Positions 58,724 to 64,000 of a DNA stretch of 64,000 nucleotides are shown in pieces. A program made the translations under genes and the position numbers. Within the stretch, counting starts at the first letter, position 1, and every line of letters starts with the position of its first letter. The stretch is from an uncultured virus (IMG/VR IMGVR_UViG_3300027708_001828) (taxonomy: Duplodnaviria; Heunggongvirae; Uroviricota; Caudoviricetes), in IMG/VR virus record IMGVR_UViG_3300027708_001828; one strand, 5' to 3'. The notes beneath the pieces are model-generated. The model was not told the DNA's origin, searched no databases, and worked only from the letters and a program-made list of their open reading frames with translations.

Positions 58724-59209
58724 ATGGCAAAATTTTACTCAACAAAAACTTACGGAAACGACCGCGGCTTATCATGCTGTTTTAGACAATGGCGTGCCAC
58801 ACACAGCCACTGCTCGACACTACATGGTTACTCAATCGGCATCAAGCTAATCTTTGAATGCGATACACTAGATGACAAAAACTGGTGTATGGACTTTGGT
58901 GGGCTTAAAGAATTTAAAGCGTGGGCAGACTATATGTTTGATCACACGTTAGTAATCGCAGAAGATGATCCTCACTTAGAAACATTCCAAAAACTAAATG
59001 CAATTAAGGGCGGTTTTGAAGACAGCGGAATATGTGATCTACGCATTGTGCCCGGAGTAGGCTGTGAAATGTTTGCTAAAATAGCCTACGATAAAATGGC
59101 TGAACTTTTGGCAAGTGGTGATATGCGTTATCCAATTAATCCAACAGTAAGAATCAAATCGGTCGAGGTGTTCGAACATGGCGCAAATTCGGCTACCTAC
59201 GAAGGTTGA
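58724..59209 (+). CDS. queD: 6-carboxy-5,6,7,8-tetrahydropterin synthase (QueD/PTPS family)
   Basis: HCSTLHGYS, MDFGGLK, FDH, GCE, V.EH..NSA. Confidence 0.85.
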   Translation: MAKFYSTKTYGNDRGLSCCFRQWRATHSHCSTLHGYSIGIKLIFECDTLDDKNWCMDFGGLKEFKAWADYMFDHTLVIAEDDPHLETFQKLNAIKGGFEDSGICDLRIVPGVGCEMFAKIAYDKMAELLASGDMRYPINPTVRIKSVEVFEHGANSATYEG

Positions 59210-59423
59210 TTTTTATATTGAGTGGCTCGCTACTGTATCATTTTTATGTTCAGTGGCGTTGACCTCTCTTAACTACTATCCAACTTATCTATATATCAGT
59301 CTATTAACCAATGTACTTTGGTTAATAGTAGGTATTATCTGGCGCAAATGGTCGCTCATAACAGTTGAATTTGTCGTCTGTTTCATGTATACTATAGGTA
59401 TTATAAACTACTGGCTACACTAA
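59178..59423 (+). CDS. Small multi-pass membrane protein
   Basis: Three hydrophobic segments in 81 aa. Confidence 0.55.
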   Translation: MAQIRLPTKVDFYIEWLATVSFLCSVALTSLNYYPTYLYISLLTNVLWLIVGIIWRKWSLITVEFVVCFMYTIGIINYWLH

Positions 59424-60448
59424 TGAAACGTCTCGGCTTTGCCTGCAAGTGGATCGATCGTCCAGATCAAGTGGACGGTATCAGTCCAAAAGACGATGCA
59501 AAAAAATACAACACTGGTTCGACTACAGTTTCTTGGTTAAATAGACAATCGAGAGATCAAGCGGAACAAAAGTTATGGGACCTAATGGTAGGCAATATCG
59601 AGGCAACTCGAAAGTTGGTAGAACGTGTCAGCACACTTGACCCTCATCTTAGGATGGTTAGGATTAGCAGTGACATTCTCCCTGTTTATACTCACGCTGA
59701 CTTTGCTGATTATTGGCGTAAACCTGACGTGGTTTCATACGCCGAAACCGCGTTTAAAAGAGTGGGCGATCTTGCTCGCAATAGCAATGTTCGGTTGTCT
59801 ATGCATCCTGGGCAGTTTACTGTCCTGGCAAGCGATAACCCAGGCATTGTCGAACGCTCAATCGCAGAGTTCGAATATCACACAGACATGGCCCGCTGGA
59901 TGGGCTATGGAAAGTCGTTTCAAGACTTTAAAATCAATGTACACATATCAGGTAAACAAGGTCCCGAAGGTATCAGACGAGCCTACGGAAAACTAACACC
60001 CGAAGCTCGAAACTGTATTACAATCGAAAACGAAGAAAACTCATGGGGGCTAGATGATTGTCTCACTATTAGCGATATTATACCTATTGTTCTTGACGTT
60101 CATCATTTTTGGATTCGAGAAGGAAGTTACTTAGATCCTAGCGATATCCGAGTTACACGGGTTGTTGACAGCTGGCGCGGCCTTCGTCCTACTATGCATT
60201 ACTCCATATCAAGAGAAGACTATCTTGTTGGACACGATCCAATGGTTCCACCAGACCATAAACAGCTTCTTTTAGACGGTTACAAAAAGCAAAAGCTCAG
60301 AGCCCACTCTGACTTTTATTGGAATACAAAAGTTAGTGAATGGGCCTTGAGCTTTTTAGAAACACACGATATTATGTGCGAATCTAAGGGTAAGAACTTG
60401 GCTAGCTTTGCTCTATACGAGCAAGCTAAACTACTTAAACTGCTTTAG
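59423..60448 (+). CDS. uvsE: UV damage endonuclease UvsE/UVDE
   Basis: RLGFAC, RISSD, RLSMHPGQF..L.S, NVH, IENE, VLDVHH, HYS, AHSD, MCESKGK. Confidence 0.92.
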   Translation: MKRLGFACKWIDRPDQVDGISPKDDAKKYNTGSTTVSWLNRQSRDQAEQKLWDLMVGNIEATRKLVERVSTLDPHLRMVRISSDILPVYTHADFADYWRKPDVVSYAETAFKRVGDLARNSNVRLSMHPGQFTVLASDNPGIVERSIAEFEYHTDMARWMGYGKSFQDFKINVHISGKQGPEGIRRAYGKLTPEARNCITIENEENSWGLDDCLTISDIIPIVLDVHHFWIREGSYLDPSDIRVTRVVDSWRGLRPTMHYSISREDYLVGHDPMVPPDHKQLLLDGYKKQKLRAHSDFYWNTKVSEWALSFLETHDIMCESKGKNLASFALYEQAKLLKLL

Positions 60449-60650
60449 GCTTACGTGGAGCACGTGGCTTTTTAACAGCTGGTGCTTTCTTAGCCGCTGG
60501 CTTTTTCTTAGCTGGTGCCATAGATTCTACAACTGCTTGTGTAGCTTGTTCAGCAACTGCTGTAGGTGCAGGAGTTTCCACTTTATAAGGAACTTCTGCT
60601 TCTACTGCTTTAGGCTTAATACCAAATAGTTTTTTAATGTGATGTAACAT
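60435..60650 (-). CDS. Small protein with Lys/Ala/Pro-rich histone-like tail
   Basis: PAKKKPAAKKAPAVKKPRAPRKPK; GGAG RBS and TATAAATA upstream. Confidence 0.65.
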   Translation of the reverse strand: MLHHIKKLFGIKPKAVEAEVPYKVETPAPTAVAEQATQAVVESMAPAKKKPAAKKAPAVKKPRAPRKPKAV

Positions 60651-60670
60651 AGTTAAATCTCCTAGTCCAA

Positions 60671-60685
60671 TATTTATAATAAATA
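60671..60685. promoter_or_regulatory. Back-to-back late-promoter-like motifs
   Basis: Minus TATAAATA at 60671-60678; plus TAAATA at 60680-60685, 5 nt from ATG 60691. Confidence 0.6.
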
Positions 60686-60690
60686 TCATT

Positions 60691-61251
60691 ATGTATAACT
60701 TTATTAGGTACGTTAGTTTAAATGAGGGCTACTCTCCCAAAACATTGGAGCAATCTCCCTTGCCATACGCCAAGGATGATTTAGAGCCAGTCAAAAGTGA
60801 AGATACTATAAACTATCATTATGGAACACTGTACAAAGGATATGTAGATCGCTACAACAAAGGTGAAGGAGATCCCGACTTCAACGAAGCAGGTGCTTTT
60901 TTACATGACATTTATTTCAAACAGTTTCATAAACCCACAGGTAACAATCATCCCGATCACATAGCTTTGAATTTTATCAACAAACACTTTAAGACTTTTG
61001 AAAATTTCCGAGACAAAGTGCAAAAGTCAGCTATGGGTATACAGGGGTCTGGTTGGGTATACCTGGCTCGTGATGGGTCAATCAAAACTATCAAGAATCA
61101 TGAGATTCGAATGGATATCATACTGCTGATTGACTGGTGGGAACATGCTTGGGCTTTGGATTATCAAGCTGACAAAAAAGCCTACTTGCGAAACATCTAC
61201 AAAATAATCAACTGGAATGTGATTGGCTCTAGAGTTGGTCGAGTGTCTTAA
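60691..61251 (+). CDS. Fe/Mn superoxide dismutase
   Basis: LPY....LEP..S..T..YHY, FN..G..LH, GSGW, DWWEHAW..DY. Confidence 0.9.
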   Translation: MYNFIRYVSLNEGYSPKTLEQSPLPYAKDDLEPVKSEDTINYHYGTLYKGYVDRYNKGEGDPDFNEAGAFLHDIYFKQFHKPTGNNHPDHIALNFINKHFKTFENFRDKVQKSAMGIQGSGWVYLARDGSIKTIKNHEIRMDIILLIDWWEHAWALDYQADKKAYLRNIYKIINWNVIGSRVGRVS

Positions 61252-61516
61252 GACTGCTGGCCGGCATTGACCATACTTTTCTAGCTTCCACGCCCTTGAG
61301 CTGGGCAAACTTTTTAGCGTCACAATCACCACACACATGGTATACATTGTTGCTTAGTCGCTTGGGATCCATTGATCCCCTATCTCGTGTAAACACTTCC
61401 TGACAACAGTCGCATCTGAACACAAGTACTTGCTTTTCTCGCACATAGGTGTGAGTAAATCCCCGATTACTGGTTCTTACATAGTGGTTTTGTCGCTGTT
61501 CTGTTCTGATATACAT
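61229..61516 (-). CDS. Small zinc-finger-like protein
   Basis: CDCC...CGDC; ATG 61516 is 5 nt after minus-strand TAAATA. Confidence 0.6.
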   Translation of the reverse strand: MYIRTEQRQNHYVRTSNRGFTHTYVREKQVLVFRCDCCQEVFTRDRGSMDPKRLSNNVYHVCGDCDAKKFAQLKGVEARKVWSMPASSLKTLDQL

Positions 61517-61574
61517 TAATGTATTTACATTAAGGTTATAAAATTCTATGCTAAATATTACAACAAGGGACAAC

Positions 61575-61898
61575 ATGATCACTATTTCTGCTTCGGCCAA
61601 GACTAAAATTAAAGATTTGATCTACGAAGAGGGCAATCCTAACCTAGCACTGCGTACATTTGTACAGGGCGGCGGGTGTAGCGGATTCAGCTATGGCTTC
61701 ACATTCGATGAAATAGCAAATGAAGATGATTTTACAATTCCCTTAGACGAATTTCGAGTACTTGTAGATGCAATGAGTATGCAGTATCTTACAGGTGCAG
61801 AGATAGATTATAAAGAAGATTTACAGGGCAGTTCATTCAGCATAAAGAATCCCAACGCACAAACAACATGCGGTTGCGGTTCTAGCTTTGGAGTTTAA
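61575..61898 (+). CDS. erpA: A-type Fe-S cluster carrier (ErpA/IscA)
   Basis: [38 protein letters not shown]. Confidence 0.92.
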   Translation: MITISASAKTKIKDLIYEEGNPNLALRTFVQGGGCSGFSYGFTFDEIANEDDFTIPLDEFRVLVDAMSMQYLTGAEIDYKEDLQGSSFSIKNPNAQTTCGCGSSFGV

Positions 61899-61901
61899 TA
61901 A

Positions 61902-64000
61902 ATGACACAACAAGTAATTAATACAGGTATACAGGGCAACGACGGTACTGGCGACAGTATTCGCCAATCGTTCAACAAAGTTAATGCAAACTTTAGCGAA
62001 CTTTATGCTATTTTTGGACTGGGCGGCAAATTGGGATTCGGGGGACTCAGTGACGGTACTGCATATTCTGCTAATCAACTTATCACTGCCAATGCCACTG
62101 GAACCAGTTTGTCAGCGAGAACGCTTACCAACAGCGATGGCAACATCACTATTACCTACACTTCAAACAGCATCGATCTCAAAACCACAGCATCGAGATT
62201 GATCAATGATCCTAGCCCTACACTAAATCAAAGTGTCAATGCTGTGTCTTTATACACCGTTGGCAACTTGCAAGATCCCAGTGTTGGACTAGTTACTGCG
62301 TTTAATAATTTTTATTCCGGAGCGCCAACCACTCTGGGACGATTGCCTGTTACTGTCAACTACGGTGTCAGTAATTTCATCGCAGCCGATGGCAATAATT
62401 TTACCAATGTTGGACAAACCACCACTGCAAAGATCGCAGGTACCTATACTGTCTCTGCCGCTATCAAGTCACGAGCACAACCAGTAGTTGCTACCAGTGC
62501 TGTAACAGCAGGATTATTTAGTGTAGGGTATTCTTATACAATCGTCACTGTAGGATCTACCGATTTTACTTTGATAGGTGCTGTTAGTAATACAGTTGGA
62601 GTAAAATTCACTGCAACTGGCGTTGGGTCAGGCACTGGCACTGCAATCGATTCTGATTATGATTCTGGGTTAACTGGAAATTATTTAAGCACTGAGGTCA
62701 TGCAACGTAAAGACGTGGTCTATCGCGGCGGCGACACTATGACTGGTTCGCTAACATTAGGTGATCATCCGAGCCCACTTGCAGGATATGGCACTCCAAA
62801 TTCCAGTACAGATCTACAAGCCGCTAGCAAATTCTATGTTGACAACAACACATTTTACAGCAGTATAAATCTGTATGTGTCAACTACTGGCGACGACAAT
62901 CAGACGCTTACTCCTCCGGGACGCAATGGTCGTGCATGGCATTATGCATACAAAACCGTAGGGGCAGCCGCGCTACAGGCCGACAGTCTTATATCTCTAA
63001 GCCAGCTAGAACCAGGACCATATCGTCAAACCATTGCCTACACGCAAAATGCTGTACAAACCCAATCAACTATCTATTCAGCTGGGTTAGGTACCAGCGG
63101 TAACAATAATAATCCTGTGTATTATCAAGCTCAGAATCTATTGGAACTTAACAAAACATTCATTCAAACAGAAACTGTTGCTTACATTAATCAAAAATAC
63201 ATCTCACAGTTTAACAATACCGGGTTTTACAATATACTTGTTAATCTAACTCAAGGTATTGGATATGACGTTATTCTAGGGTCAAACTACAACAGTATCA
63301 CGGCAGCTACTAGTCTGTTTAATCCCAACAGCGCAATCAATCTAAATATTGTTACCAATCAATTGGCCCAGGTCAAAGATGCTATTAATCAAATACAGAC
63401 TCAGATCGCCAGCTATTCTTACAATACTGCATTGTTAACTCAATATGTTGGTCAAATTGTCACTGCATTAGAATACGATCTTTTGTTGGGATCAACACTG
63501 CAGACCACACTGGCTGGATTGAACTTTAGCCATTATGGTATTGGTATAACCAGTGCTGAAATGAACTATGAGTTGGATCGATTGCAAGCCAGCATACTGG
63601 CTACTATAGGAACTAGTGCTGGTCAGGCGTCTTTGATAGGTCCCTACATAACCAATCTACAGTCAATTATTTCAAGTGGCATTGCCCCTACACCAACTTT
63701 CCCCAGTATCGGTTCAACCACTGCTGAACAAACTCATGCTAAGACCCTACTGTTGAACAACATTACATTTATGCAGGCAGAGATTATAGCCTACCTAACT
63801 AGTAAATATCCTTCTCTAGTATACAACAAAACCACTTGCCAACGAGATGTTAAATTTATTGTCTGGTCACTAGTTTATGATTTAATGTACGGTGGCAATA
63901 GTCAAAGCGTCTATGCTGGATTACAATATTGGGCCGCTAGTTATAATATTAACACATTCCAAGATCAAGAAAAAGATGCTACTGTAGCGGCTGTAATTTA
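61902..64000 (+). CDS. Large virion structural protein with a T4 gp9/gp10-like N-terminus (3' truncated; not in ORF track)
   Basis: MTQQVINTGIQGNDGTGDSIRQSFNKVNANFSELY; a segment near the window end reads open in the same frame, with C.RD...YD...GGN repeats. Confidence 0.85.
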   Translation, partial: MTQQVINTGIQGNDGTGDSIRQSFNKVNANFSELYAIFGLGGKLGFGGLSDGTAYSANQLITANATGTSLSARTLTNSDGNITITYTSNSIDLKTTASRLINDPSPTLNQSVNAVSLYTVGNLQDPSVGLVTAFNNFYSGAPTTLGRLPVTVNYGVSNFIAADGNNFTNVGQTTTAKIAGTYTVSAAIKSRAQPVVATSAVTAGLFSVGYSYTIVTVGSTDFTLIGAVSNTVGVKFTATGVGSGTGTAIDSDYDSGLTGNYLSTEVMQRKDVVYRGGDTMTGSLTLGDHPSPLAGYGTPNSSTDLQAASKFYVDNNTFYSSINLYVSTTGDDNQTLTPPGRNGRAWHYAYKTVGAAALQADSLISLSQLEPGPYRQTIAYTQNAVQTQSTIYSAGLGTSGNNNNPVYYQAQNLLELNKTFIQTETVAYINQKYISQFNNTGFYNILVNLTQGIGYDVILGSNYNSITAATSLFNPNSAINLNIVTNQLAQVKDAINQIQTQIASYSYNTALLTQYVGQIVTALEYDLLLGSTLQTTLAGLNFSHYGIGITSAEMNYELDRLQASILATIGTSAGQASLIGPYITNLQSIISSGIAPTPTFPSIGSTTAEQTHAKTLLLNNITFMQAEIIAYLTSKYPSLVYNKTTCQRDVKFIVWSLVYDLMYGGNSQSVYAGLQYWAASYNINTFQDQEKDATVAAVI

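Noticed and set aside
3867..59209. Complete 7-deazaguanine DNA modification pathway (QueC + QueD)
   Set aside because: No FolE, clear QueE or DpdA/TGT is recognisable in the window, and the QueC-like gene is about 54 kb from queD, so the pathway cannot be claimed from this window.
1780..61251. Intrinsic terminators at convergent gene junctions
   Set aside because: Convergent genes overlap at their 3' ends (such as 1780-1803, 7510-7523, 24498-24544, 28739-28758, 60435-60448), and no convincing hairpin-polyU was found.
121..62202. Many short antisense or alternate-frame ORFs in the track (such as 2350-2697, 21072-21491, 34841-35386, 55619-56767, 61984-62202)
   Set aside because: They lie inside well-supported genes, have no motifs or RBS, and are expected shadow ORFs.
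1..64000. Alternative genetic code (stop-codon reassignment), as found in some jumbo phages
   Set aside because: Genes are full-length and tightly packed in the standard code. TAA, TAG and TGA all terminate conserved proteins.
1..64000. CRISPR array, rRNA, integrase/transposase, intron or intein
   Set aside because: No regularly spaced direct repeats or recognisable motifs were seen, and the conserved enzymes have normal lengths.

Overview
This window is a gene-dense fragment of a large T4-like/jumbo dsDNA bacteriophage genome in the standard genetic code. The host is probably a betaproteobacterium, judging by the style of its ErpA and IF-1. All family assignments come from motifs recognised by eye, not from database searches. 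(1) From 1 to 30.6 kb is an AT-rich 'tailoring-enzyme' island. It holds 8 radical SAM enzymes (one B12-dependent, one Tes/MJ0619-like), about 12 HxD...H 2OG-Fe(II)/Asp-Asn-hydroxylase-like oxygenases (five in a paralog array) and three SGNH-like proteins. It also encodes a flavin halogenase, nitroreductase, amidinotransferase, two PLP enzymes, a QueC-like PP-loop protein, SAM decarboxylase and a methyltransferase. (2) From 30.6 to 44.4 kb is a host-takeover region driven by consensus sigma70 promoters: an atypical type II tRNA-like RNA, IF-1, metallophosphoesterase, MBD4-like glycosylase, lipoproteins, a BI-1/YccA protein, peroxiredoxin, ClpP and DNA ligase. (3) From 44.4 to 53.6 kb is a nucleotide-sugar cluster: RmlC, three NDP-sugar epimerase/reductases, a split ThDP enzyme, two GT-like paralogs and a radical SAM. 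(4) From 53.6 to 64 kb are virion fibre/baseplate proteins interleaved with QueD, UvsE, SOD and ErpA. The highlights are the multi-enzyme modification system of unknown substrate, a recurrent TAAATA late-promoter motif 4-7 nt before start codons, a tRNA with a Leu-like body but an aberrant GCT anticodon arm, and a candidate pseudoknot riboswitch-like leader upstream of queD.
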